Assembly (NCBI RefSeq): GCF_006345805.1
Contig: NW_021824840.1
Location: forward strand, 20,240-84,239
Length of the DNA: 64,000 nucleotides
Direction of reading: 5' to 3'
Source: Octopus sinensis
Taxonomy: Eukaryota
The notes beneath the pieces are model-generated. The model saw only the letters and a program-made list of their open reading frames with translations, searched no databases and was not told the origin of the DNA. The position numbers were made by a program, and so were the translations under genes. Positions 38,186-49,315 of the stretch are shown here, piece by piece (within the stretch, counting starts at the first letter, position 1; every line of letters starts with the position of its first letter).

Positions 38186-38344
38186 TAGCGAATCAACATG
38201 GCGATGTATGTATGTATGTCTGTGTATGTATGTATGTATATATGTATGTATGTATGTATGTATGTAGTATGTATGTATGTATGTATGTATGTATGTATGT
38301 ATGTATGTATGAATGCATGCCTATATATGTTTGTGTGTTCTTTT

Positions 38345-39090
38345 ATGTCAGTCAGTTGACTACGGCCATGCTGGGGCACCGCTTTGAAGAATTTTAGTTG
38401 AGCAAATCGACCGCAGTACTTTTTGTTTTTTGTAAAGCCTGGTAGTTATTCTATCGGTCACTTTGCCGAACCGCTAAGTTACGGGGACATAAACACACCA
38501 ACACCGGTTGCCAAGCGGTGGGACACATACACACACAAACGCCACATATATATTTACGAGGAGTTGTTTTTTTTAAAGTTTCCGGCTACCAAGTTCACTA
38601 ACAAGGCTTTGGCCGGCCCGGGGCGATAGTAGAAGATACTTGGTGGAGGCGCAATGGCCCAGTGGTTAGGGCAGTGGACTCGCGGTCATAGGATCGCGGT
38701 TTCGATTCCCAGACTGGGCGTTGTGAGTGTTTATTGAGCGAAAACACCTAAAAGCTCCACGAGGCTCCGACAGGGGATGGTGGTGATCCCTGCTGTACTC
38801 TTTCACCACAACTTTCTCTCACTCTTACTTCCTGTTTCTGTTGTACCTGTATTTCAAGGGACCGGCCTTGTCACTCTCTGTGTTACGCTGAATATCCCCG
38901 AGAACTACGTTAAGGGTACACGTGTCTGTGGAGGGCTCAGCCACTTACACGTTAATTTCACGAGCAGGCTGTTCCGTTGATTCGGATCAACCGGAACCCT
39001 CATCGTCGTAACCGACGGAGTGCTTCCATCCCAGAAGATACTTGACCAAGGTACTACACAGTGGGCTGAACCCGGAACACAGCCACGATA
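38345..39090 (-). mobile_element. Decayed family A SINE split by a nested family B SINE
   Basis: A sequence runs to agtagaagatacttg (38642) and resumes accaaggtac at 39045. Confidence 0.8.
38643..39032 (+). mobile_element. Family B SINE with 12-bp TSD
   Basis: TSD agaagatacttg at 38631-38642 and 39033-39044. Confidence 0.95.
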
Positions 39091-39236
39091 TATATATGTA
39101 TGTATATAGGGAGTGTTTGTCCAGGATAGGACTACACAGCCACAGCAGGAACTGTATCAGGACATGAAATGTAAAAGCCGGACTAGACTATTTTATGCGA
39201 ACTCCATTGTCTCCCGAGACAAAAAGGATGCCAACT

Positions 39237-39272
<36 letters not shown>

Positions 39273-39760
39273 TATTATAAAAGGCAGATTTTATCTGCCT
39301 CCATTGTATCTTATAGAAATCTACATATAGGATTTCTCAATTACAATTTACCTAGCATTTTAAGAGTAGAATGCATCGGGTCATGCCAGGTCCAGTTTTT
39401 AAAATTTCAACTCAATTAAGCAAAATTTACAGAAAACTCACATTCTGGTGTGTATGTCAAATGCTTTTCTTAATGTGGTTTACACCACACGCACACGCAC
39501 ACACACAGTGTGCAATGAATAAAGTGAAAGTAATTCACTGTGTGTTGACAGGTAGAAAATAGAATGCGATGGCGATTGGCGATGTAATGTAATATTTGTT
39601 TCTATCTATGACGCTGATAGATACATGAGTAAAATGTATGGGAAGCTAAGAGATAAGAGTGAGTGAAAATGTTCTTGGAAGAGAGTAAATAGCGAGAGTG
39701 ATTGAGGAAGACTTACATTAAATAACCGTAGTGGCTTGTATATATATATATATAATACAT

Positions 39761-40022
39761 AGACAGTAAGGTGTGATTTGAGGGAGATTTGGCTGCTATT
39801 TCTACATGTCTAGCTGCCATGTAGGGGTCTCCCTCATAGGCTCATACATACATATATACATAGATAAGACAGTAAGGTGTGATTTGGGGAAAATTTGGCT
39901 GCTTATTCTACCAGGTCTAGCTACCATGTAGAGGGTCCCCCTCATTGGCTCATATATATATACATACATAAGACAGTAAGGTGTGATTTGAGGGAGATTG
40001 GCTGCGGTTTCTACCAGGTCTG
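39761..40022. repeat. ~105-bp tandem trimer
   Basis: agacagtaaggtgtgatttg restarts at 39761, 39867, 39971. Confidence 0.85.
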
Positions 40023-40394
40023 TTAGGCCTTCTCATGTAAACTCAAGCTTTCTCATGCCTTGAACATGAGACCAAAGCAGAGAATGTATTATTTTATTTC
40101 TGCTTTTTTCCAGCCATTGGTTCTGTGGCCATGCTGGGGCAATGCCTTGAAATTGAAGAATTGAGTTTAATGAATCAACTCCAGTTTATTTTTGTAAGCA
40201 TTGTCGTACTTATTCTATCTTTTCCTTTGTCAAACCACTAGGTGACAGGGATGTAAACAAACCAACATTCGTTGTCAAGCAGTGGTGGAGGACAATCACA
40301 AGCACAGACACGCACACACACACACAAACATACATGCATACACATATACACACATACATACATACATACATATATATATGTGTGTATATATATA

Positions 40395-40710
40395 TTGCAG
40401 CGTAGAAGGTGTTTGTAAGCATTTAAGAAACACACAAAAAACCGTTAGATTCACTTCAACATTTAAATTTAATTTGCCAAAATATTTCCTCGCTTTGAGA
40501 CCGCGACCTGTTCATGACAAAAATATCGTGCTAACAGGTCGTGGTCTCAAAGCGACGAAAATATTTTGACAAATTAAATTTAAATGTTTGTTGAAGTGAA
40601 TCTAACGGTTTTTTGTGTGTTTCTTAAATGGCTTATAAACAACCCTTCAACGCTGCAACTGTTTTCGTTCCAGCACACGATCTCAGATCAAGTCACTTGC
40701 TATGCAAGTA
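40395..40710. repeat. Fold-back (tail-to-tail) copy of the 6630-6880 repeat
   Basis: Arms 40395-40512 and 40533-40658; right arm continues to about 40710 matching 6630-6735 inverted. Confidence 0.9.
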
Positions 40711-40737
40711 AGTACATCTCTGTACTATATATATATT

Positions 40738-40792
<55 letters not shown>

Positions 40793-40864
40793 ATGTATAT
40801 TGTTCAAAAACAGTAAGATAACAAAAGAAAGAAAGAGACCTCAATATTATGTAAATAGAGGAAA

Positions 40865-41258
40865 TCTTTATATATAAAAGTGAGGTTGTGTGTCTGTCTC
40901 CTACGATTTAGATTCCTAACTACTCCCACATTTTGCGGTGCAGTTTAACCAAAAACGGGTATCTTATAGTCGTGATTCATATCGAGACCGTCTGGGTGTT
41001 AGAGCGCGTCTACGATGAGTCTACGATTTAAAAAAAAATTTACCATCAATTTTTCCCATTTTTAATCCATTTTTGAGATATATAAGGGAAGCAACTCTCT
41101 AAAATTTATTATTAAATCTCAGTACGTAAAAAGCTACAGTAACACCCCTCCCCTTTGTGGTTAGCCATATTGAGATGGCTATTATACTTTACATCTCTAA
41201 AAATGCTTATATAATTATTTCCCTTACAACACCCGAGCAACGCCGAGCGATACTGCTA

Positions 41259-41259
<1 letters not shown>
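40865..41259 (+). mobile_element. Non-autonomous Helitron (same family as 26657-27051)
   Basis: A|TCTTTATATATAAAAG ... cccgagcaacgccgag ... CTAG|T. Confidence 0.9.
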
Positions 41260-41312
<53 letters not shown>

Positions 41313-41412
41313 ACAGCATTAAGAATGATAAATTTGTCCTCTACAAAAGTATAGAGTAAACACATCAGATTAATGTAAAATTGTCTTATTTTAACTGAAT
41401 GAAAAAATAAAC

Positions 41413-41504
<92 letters not shown>

Positions 41505-41941
41505 GTGGATGGAGCGATGGAGGGATGGAGGGAGGGATGTTTATTTTTACTGAAGTATATAAAAACAGTTTAACATTCACTATAGTAGAGTACATTTTCA
41601 TTCATTTTCCAATAGAAAAATAATTAAGTTGTCATTAACTTCGAAGTTTGAGTTTAGTAGTCTATCTTCAAGAAGCCGAATGCAGAGAGAGAGAGGATGA
41701 GTAGAGAGGAGAGAGAGAGTGAGTGAGTGAGTGAGTGAGTGAGTGAGTGAGTAAGTGGGTGAGAGAGTGAGTGAGTGAGTGAGTTAGAGAGAGATAAAGA
41801 GAGGGTGGCGGGGAATCGATCCTAATACTCGACTGGTGTGTTATTTGATTTCGAAGGGACGAAAGGTAAAGTTGACCTCGGCAGGATTTCAACTCAGAAG
41901 ACAAGCAGATGTGCTGAGGAACAGCCAATTAGCCGTCTTTA

Positions 41942-42045
41942 CCCCCATCTCTCAGATTCACACATCTATTGCAGCGGTCCTTCAGTTTTTCTAAGCCCTG
42001 TAAAAGAATTCGGAAAGTTGGGCTTCCAGCCAGGCCTTTCGCGAT
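41942..42045 (-). mobile_element. Mariner transposase C-terminal fragment
   Basis: Minus strand AWLEAQLSEFF(fs)QGLEKLKDRCNRCVNLR resembles mariner FFxxGIxKLxxRWxKCVxxxGxYVE. Confidence 0.7.
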
Positions 42046-42064
42046 AATTTTAGATTTAAAAAAA

Positions 42065-42605
42065 ATAAAGATTGTTACTGTACTCAACACGAAAGAAGTC
42101 GAAGTGAAATTTGAATGATGATGGTGATGAATTCGCTGTGCAGTAGAAATGATGATGATGAAGCTGACGGCGGTTCTCTTTCCTGGGACACCTCTTCCAC
42201 TTCTTCCGAAGGTACAGCCGTAGTAGTAGCAGCAGGAACTGGCTCTTTTTTGCGAGGCTGCAAAAACATTGTGATAGGAAGTTGCTGCCGGTGCATGTTT
42301 TTCCGTTCAAAGAGCATCTTGTAGGGATTCATGACTTCATCGACCTTGTTGCAAAATTGCACAGAACGAACCATATCGTCGTCCCATTCCTGTGACCCCT
42401 CTTTGAATTCTTTAGCCAGTTAGCAGAGCTTGGCCAGCCGTTCCAAAGTCAAGCCAGTTTGGTAGACAACTTCTTTTGTTTCTTTGTGCATTTCTTCTTC
42501 TTTGGACTTAATGAAAAATTTTAGGTGTTCATATATATATATATTTAAAATCCGCAAAATCGTGAAGCCGCGATAGTTGGACCGCGAAGTAGCGAGGGAT
42601 CACTG
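42065..42605 (-). mobile_element. Tigger/pogo deletion derivative: 5' TIR plus transposase C-terminus
   Basis: Terminus TA|cagtgatccctcgctacttcgcgg on minus; translation GLTLERLAKLC*LAKEFKEGSQEWDDDMVRSVQFCNKVDEVMNPYKMLFERKNMHRQQLPITMFL fits TIGD/Tigger C-termini. Confidence 0.75.
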
Positions 42606-42664
42606 TACACTTCAGACAAAACATGGCGATCTTGCTCCCACTACTCTCTCTCTATATATATATT

Positions 42665-42711
<47 letters not shown>

Positions 42712-42859
42712 CTCTCTCTCTTTCCTTCTCTCTCTCTCTCTCTCTCTATTTCACTTTACAGTTCGCGTTTTCCCTATTTAACCCCCAAATCAGAACTGGG
42801 TGAGCAGAACTATGATCAAAGACATTTGAGCCAGAACCATCTCATTTTTTTTTTATATC

Positions 42860-43011
42860 GGATAATGTAGTCCTAGATACACAGGGTATCTAGGACTACA
42901 TTATCCAATGTAACCTTCTTCAATTAAGGCTATATGATGTGATTTTTAAGGAGATTTGACTGCTATTTGCCGCGACATTGTGGAAATAGCAGCCAAGTCT
43001 CCAAATCACAT
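42860..43011. repeat. Two adjacent hairpins
   Basis: Perfect 21-bp arms ggataatgtagtcctagatac/gtatctaggactacattatcc (42860-42906); imperfect ~30-bp arms at 42937-43011. Confidence 0.85.
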
Positions 43012-43093
43012 GTCTAACAATGGTACCTATTTAAATCGAAAGAACCCGTGTCACGTCGCTGATCTTGCTTAAATTTAAGTTGACAGCAGTGTA

Positions 43094-43459
43094 TGGAAGC
43101 ACTCCGTCGGTTACGACGATGAGGGTTCCGGTTAATCCGAATCAACGGAACAGCCTGCTCGTGAAATTAACGTGTAAGTGGTTGAGCACTCCACAGACAC
43201 GTGTACCCTTAACGTAGTTCTCGGGGATATTCAGCGTGACACAGAGAGTGACAAGCCGGCCCCTTGAAATACAGGTACAACAGGAACAGGATGTAAGAGT
43301 GAGAGAAAGTTGTGGGTGGAAGAGTACAGCAGGGATCACCACCATCCCCTGCCGGAGCCTCGTGGAGCTTTTAGGTGTTTTCGCTCAATAAACACTCACA
43401 ATGCCCTGTCTGGGAATCGAAACCGCGATCCTATGACCCGAGTCCGCTGCCCTAACCAC
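43094..43459 (-). mobile_element. Family B SINE, slightly 5'-truncated, 13-bp TSD
   Basis: TSD tgacagcagtgta at 43081-43093 and 43460-43472. Confidence 0.95.
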
Positions 43460-43553
43460 TGACAGCAGTGTACCACCTCATTGGATCTATTTTTAGCAGG
43501 GCAGTCCCCATATCAGTGGAGGTTTCACTTAATGTACCTACTTTCAGTTAAAT

Positions 43554-43843
43554 CAGTGTTCCGCAAACTTTTGAGGGCTGCCGCATCCTTGATACCAAAG
43601 CCAAATTCCTAGCGCTCCCACCCCAGCTAACCATCACAAACAGAGACCTCTTCCTGAAGCAAATTCAAAGTAACAGTATTTCGCTAATAAAACTTAACCT
43701 AACGAATCCATTATTTTCTTGTTTTTACTTGAATCGTCACCCCATTATTGCCCCAATTTTTAGATGAATCGTTACCCCATTATCGCCCCACTTTTCTTCA
43801 ACGTCCCCTTGGAACTTTCCACCACCCACTTTGGGAACCACTG
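43554..43843. mobile_element. hAT/Charlie-like MITE
   Basis: TIRs cagtgttccgcaaa / tttgggaaccactg; 8-bp flanks agttaaat / aattaaat. Confidence 0.7.
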
Positions 43844-44435
43844 AATTAAATGGCGCAGACGTATGCTTGTTTACATTAAATGGCGCAGACGTATGCTTAT
43901 TTACATTCTGCTAGCCTACAGCATTTCATTATACACGGCTAGGTGAACTATTTTATCGTATTGAACTAACCTACATGTGATGTCTATTGCCAGAAGACAG
44001 CGAGCAAGCAGAATCAGAAAAAGCATCGGACAAAATACGTAGCGGCATGTCATCCGGCTCTTTACGTCCTGAGTTTAAAATTCTGTCGAGGTCGACTTTG
44101 ACTTTCAACCCTTCAGAATCGACAAAATAAGTACCGGTCGAGTACCCGGAGACGATATAATCGACCAATCCACTCCCACCTAAAACAGCTGGCTGGTGGC
44201 AAAATTTGTTACAATTTATATATATTGCCTGCCTATACAGCACTAGGAGGTTTATATTAATCATAGAGTCCTTTGACGTTTATATTGATTGTATCATTCA
44301 CAGGGTACCTTTTCTTTTTTTTTTAGTTTTGCGAAGTGAAATTACGACATGTACATATTTACACTTAGGTGAACCGAACCACGTACGTAGTACCTACTTA
44401 CAGCTAGTTGGACAGTACCTCCTTCTTAGTACCTT

Positions 44436-44528
44436 AGGCTGCTGAAAAGTTCCTGGCTTTGGGCAAAAGAAAATATAGGAGGATCAGTTAATTCTGATTT
44501 TATTCAACATACCCCTATCTCTCTCAGC
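44436..44528 (-). mobile_element. Mariner 3' end (YVE* plus TIR)
   Basis: Minus strand ggggtatgttgaataa (GYVE*) followed by ...aaagccaggaacttttcagcagcc|TA-like terminus. Confidence 0.65.
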
Positions 44529-44837
44529 TTCAACATCATCATTTCTACTGCACAGCAAATTCATCACCATCATCATTCAAATTTCACTTCAACTTCTTTC
44601 GTGTTGAGTACAGTAACAATCTTTATATTCTTTAAATCTAAAGTGTTATTGCTTAACAGTTGTCCTTGTTATTAATAGACTACTGTAATTGGTGGGTTGT
44701 TAACAGTACAGGGAGGGTTTTAAAAGTCCAAATACAAGTTAAATAAATAATGTAAATATGGTGTCCCTACTTCGCGGAAATTCAGTTATCGCGGCCGGTC
44801 TCGGAACCAATCTACCGCGATAAACGAGGGATCACTG
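44524..44837 (+). mobile_element. Tigger/pogo 3' end fragment
   Basis: 44524-44626 is the inverse of 42065-42167 (3 mismatches seen); ends ccgcgataaacgagggatcactg, the same TIR as 42605. Confidence 0.75.
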
Positions 44838-46763
44838 AAACTATCTATCTCACGTAATCGTCAATCATGCGCTGATAACCACTCCCACAACGGCCACTAC
44901 TATATAGACGCTTCGTAGTCAGCTATTCGATATTCCATCCAGATACTGAAATGGGATGACGATGGCTTGGCCACTTAAAAATCAGCAACGATTCTGAAAT
45001 GGAAAGGTTTATGACGAAAGGAATTAAAACGCGTTTTTGATAAGAACTGAAAAAAAAAAACTGTATGGGGTGGGGAGATAGAGATGGGAGAATTGTTAAA
45101 CGGGATAGTAATTGATAAAGATTTCATAAATCGACTATTGATCATGGAGAGAAAAAATAATGCAGCAAGTAAAATCTTTTAACACTAGAGAAGTAACTTC
45201 AAGTTGTTTTGTTTTGTTTTTTTTTAGATATGTATCAAAATACACAAGTTAACAAGGAATTTATGTACATGGTCTCTCGATTTGTTCGGAATAATAGCTA
45301 AATGTCCTTCATATCACACCTTACGAAAAAAGATAATATTGGATAAATGTCGTTCACGGTTCAAAAAAGACATGATTACGGTTGGAATAGCTTTGGTATT
45401 GTTCTGTTCTATCGAGGTTTACCTGAACTAATTATCACCAATAACGATTTCTTTCATTAATAATAATTATTTCGTGTATGATACGAAATAATATTGCAGT
45501 TAGTTGCAATAATGGGTTCCATTTCAGGTTCGATGCCAGCAGTTTTGAGGATATCAGTCGATGCTATTGATCCCTGCACTTTGATTGGAACATTATTTTA
45601 TCAAAGCCGAAAGAATGATAATCAAAGTTGACCTCAGTGGGGTTTGAACTCAGAATAAAAGAACCGGAATACCTCATAGCATTTGTTTTTTCGACGATCT
45701 AACGATTCTGTCAGTTCACCACCTAGAAATCGATAGCGACCATAACTTCAAGAGACATCCAAATTATGCCAATGAAATGAGTTTCTATGTGGTGACTCGA
45801 CCATCTAGAAATAGCTACTAAGTTTCTCTTAAATTATATACCTTACTCTCAGAAAAGACCAAGGAAATACTGAGTAATGTACACAGTATGAATTACATCA
45901 CGCTATTATACCTGCAGTAAGAGGGACATGACTGCTGATAGTTAAGTATCTTAGCTGTAGACACAATATGCATGCAGCCAGTTTGAGTGAGATTTGAAAA
46001 TCAAATATCATAGCTATGATCAGATCGAGGTGGTGGCAATGACTGGATTCAAACCAGTTTAGTTGCTTAATACTCAACTGTGAAGAAAGAAAGCATCGGA
46101 CGACCAGCCCAGATGACGTGACGTTTCGAAACTTGTGACCGATTTTCGTTATACTTATCAATACTAAAAATATTGACTCTTGCTTTGCAAAGAAATATTT
46201 GACGAAATATATGAAGAAAATCCGAAAAATTGTCTTTTGAAATAAGTGTCACTTGGGGTGTCTGCGCTTCTTGCAGCAAAGCCATGGAGCAAATTCGCTT
46301 TCTGCAGTTAACGGTAATAACATTTTGGTCGGATACATCCGCTTTCCGCGTTCAGATTGTTAAAAAAAACTTTGGCCAAAAATACCACTCCTTTCGGTCC
46401 ATTTTTCCACCAGGGACCATCGCTAGTACCTTCACCGCCGCAGCTACTGCCATTTGTACTATTTGTACAGGAAGTTTGATTTCGTGTACTGACATGCATT
46501 TAAGTTTTTTTTTTCTCGTTAATTTTAAGTAGACACTTTAACTAATTAATGTTCAGTGCAGTCTTTGTGTAATATGCAAAACAAGTCTTGTTTGGTCAGA
46601 AATAGCTTTTGCATGTTGGGACAGGAAGGGAATGGCTCCGAGAGGAGGAAGCCAACCGAACTCTTTTATCTGTTTACGTTTTTATGCGGTTCCACCAATC
46701 AGAGACTCGGTAAGGAAAAGACCTTACAGGATAAAGAATGCAATATGTCACTAAAATATCCTT

Positions 46764-46819
<56 letters not shown>

Positions 46820-46918
46820 TATGTAATTTAAGTTATTTTTATATACCGAAACATTCCAAGTGTTTAGGTATGCGCGTTTAATCACACTATAGTTACAGAC
46901 ATATCTATATACATAATT

Positions 46919-47148
46919 GCGGCGAGCTGGCAGAAACGTTAGCACGCCGGGCGAAATGCGTAGCTGTATTTCGTCTGCCGTTACGTTCTGAGTTCAAATT
47001 CTGCCGAGGTCGACTTTGCCTTTCATCCTTTCGGGGGTCGATAAATTAAGTAGCAGTTACGCACTGGGGTCGATATAATCGACTTAATCCGTTTTTCTGT
47101 CCTTGTTTGTCCTCTCTGTGTTTAGCCCCTTGTGGGTAGTAAAGAAAT
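46919..47148 (+). mobile_element. Family C SINE, full length
   Basis: Same as 4754-4985. Confidence 0.9.
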
Positions 47149-47525
47149 ATATATACATAATTGCACTCATACATGCAGATATAATTACATGCGTGGGGGG
47201 GGGGAGCGTGCGAGGTTGTGTGTGTGCGCACGCGTTCTCACGCGCGTGTGTGTGTAAGTATCTGTGTGTCAGTGAATACCAATGGGTTACTTTTTAAGGT
47301 GTCGAGCTCACAAACATACAGTTGTGGTTTTGCCAGCTGTACTGGGCGGCACGTTGATCGGTCTGGGAATCGAAACCGCGATCCTGCGACCGCGAGTCCG
47401 CTGCCCTAACCACTGGGCCATTGCGCCTCCACCATCATAAAATAAAGTGCATTAAATAGGATATTTTATTTTACGTTGCTCTGATCTATTCGAATGGTGG
47501 TGCAGCCCTCTCTCTCTCTCTCCAG

Positions 47526-47633
47526 CTGTCAAAATCCACGATGTACCGTGAGGGAAGAAATGGGCGGAATGAGGGTGTGACTAAAATTCTGCTCGTCACC
47601 ATACAGGCACCTAAAACAATTGTCGAAAGCGAG
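47526..47633 (+). other. Candidate 108-nt coding exon (phase 0/0), unidentified
   Basis: (CT)n-CCAG acceptor, GAG|GTACAT donor, single open frame LSKSTMYREGRNGRNEGVTKILLVTIQAPKTIVESE; no recognised homology. Confidence 0.2.
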
Positions 47634-47744
47634 GTACATGCAATTAAGTCATGCTACCATGCATTGATGGTTATGGTTTTTGTGTATGTGTAGTTAAGTA
47701 CAAATATATATGTACCTACAGGGGAAACTCAGAGATGCAAGAGA

Positions 47745-47780
<36 letters not shown>

Positions 47781-47985
47781 CATATATATATACGTATATA
47801 TATATATATATTTTAGTGACATATATATACTTGCTATGCGAGTACATCTATATATATATATATATTCCAACTAATTTTGACGTCATTGCTTATAACGGAT
47901 TATTTTAAATAATTACTCATTATTACTGTGGAAATCATGTAGGCAGTTATTAAGAAGCTTTTGTCCGTTTTGAGGCTGAGAGAGG

Positions 47986-48084
47986 TTCCTTGTATTTCCT
48001 GATGAGAAGACGGCATAATGCAACCTTCATTCCTTCAGGATTAAGAGTGTGCAGTCTTCGAAACATATGTCGAAAGTAAAGGAA
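47986..48084 (+). ncRNA. Type I hammerhead ribozyme, canonical core
   Basis: ttccttgtatttc|CTGATGA|gaagac...gtcttc|GAAA|c-atat-g|TC^gaaagtaaaggaa. 6-bp stem II with extension; stem I 4 bp + 3x3 loop + 6 bp; predicted GUC cleavage after 48071. Confidence 0.8.
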
Positions 48085-48124
48085 TTTTGTTAAAATCTTC
48101 GTTCGACTCCATTCTTTTCATTTA

Positions 48125-48164
<40 letters not shown>

Positions 48165-48442
48165 TAAATAAATGGAGTTTAACGCAGATATAAATCAAAT
48201 ATTTTTTACTTTCGACACATGTTTCGAAAATTCCAAAATTTCGAAATTCGATACATGTTTCGAAAATATGGTATAAACATATATATATATATATATATAT
48301 ACAGGTAAGTTCCCAAATTAGGTTGGTAGGAATATACAATCCTAGCGGGTACCGTATTAGATTTTACTGGTTAATAATGCTGGCTAACCTCCGTGAGTTA
48401 GTTTATTTTACTATCCACAGTAGATATATAACAAATATAATA

Positions 48443-48516
<74 letters not shown>

Positions 48517-48824
48517 ACTAGAGAGAGATTATCAATCCGGGCAAAATACTTCATAAGCTCTCTGTTGACAGAGAACCAGAAATGGCTCTCATGAAAGTAG
48601 CATTAATTTTCTTATGTTGTTCGCTTTTCCTCAATTGATCAGTAAATCAACTGAGTAAACTTATCAGGAATGTACCTAAAATGACTACTGGAAACAACTG
48701 TATGTCAAATTTGTTCCAATAGAAGAAAAATATATAACGACCATTATTTTAAACTTGTTTCTTTATATATGTGTGTATGTTTGCGTGTGTATAAAGTATT
48801 TGAAGTGGTGTACAGATATTGAAT

Positions 48825-48935
48825 ATTGAGAAAAAAGAGGCAGTCAGAATTTTGGCTAATTCCTTATTAGCGCATTCGTTCGCTTATCGAACTCATCAGG
48901 ACAAAATCAATACCATTGACTGCCTCCTTTTCTCA

Positions 48936-48937
<2 letters not shown>
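48825..48937 (-). ncRNA. Hammerhead-like motif inside a long hairpin (decayed at GAAA)
   Basis: Minus: CTGATGA|gttcg-ataag-cgaac|GAAT, closed by ~21-bp arms attgagaaaaggaggcagtca / tgactgcctc(tttt)ttctcaat. Confidence 0.5.
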
Positions 48938-48995
<58 letters not shown>

Positions 48996-49006
48996 ATATA
49001 TAGGTA

Positions 49007-49152
49007 GGTGTGGCTGTGTGGTAAGTAGCTTGCTTACCAACCACATGGTTCTAGGTTCAGTCCCACTGCGTGGCACCTTGGGCTACTATAGCCTCGGGCC
49101 GACCAAAGCCTTGTGAGTGGATTTGGTAGACGGAAACTGAAAGAAGCCCTTC

Positions 49153-49155
<3 letters not shown>
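49007..49155 (+). mobile_element. Family A SINE, 5' part
   Basis: gtggctgtgtggtaagtagcttgc head. Confidence 0.8.
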
Positions 49156-49187
<32 letters not shown>

Positions 49188-49315
49188 TAGATAAACTTAG
49201 ATATGTTTCGACCAGAGATTGGTCCAGGCCATGTCTAACTTAATAGCACCACCTGATAGGATTATTCGAATCCTGTTTAAGTCAAGTTTTGTTCAAGTAG
49301 TGAGTTCTTGTTGGG

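Noticed and set aside
39268-39740. Possible Helitron 5' end (A|TCTTATTATAAAAG with small hairpin)
   Set aside because: No hairpin-CTRR 3' terminus found downstream; cannot delimit.
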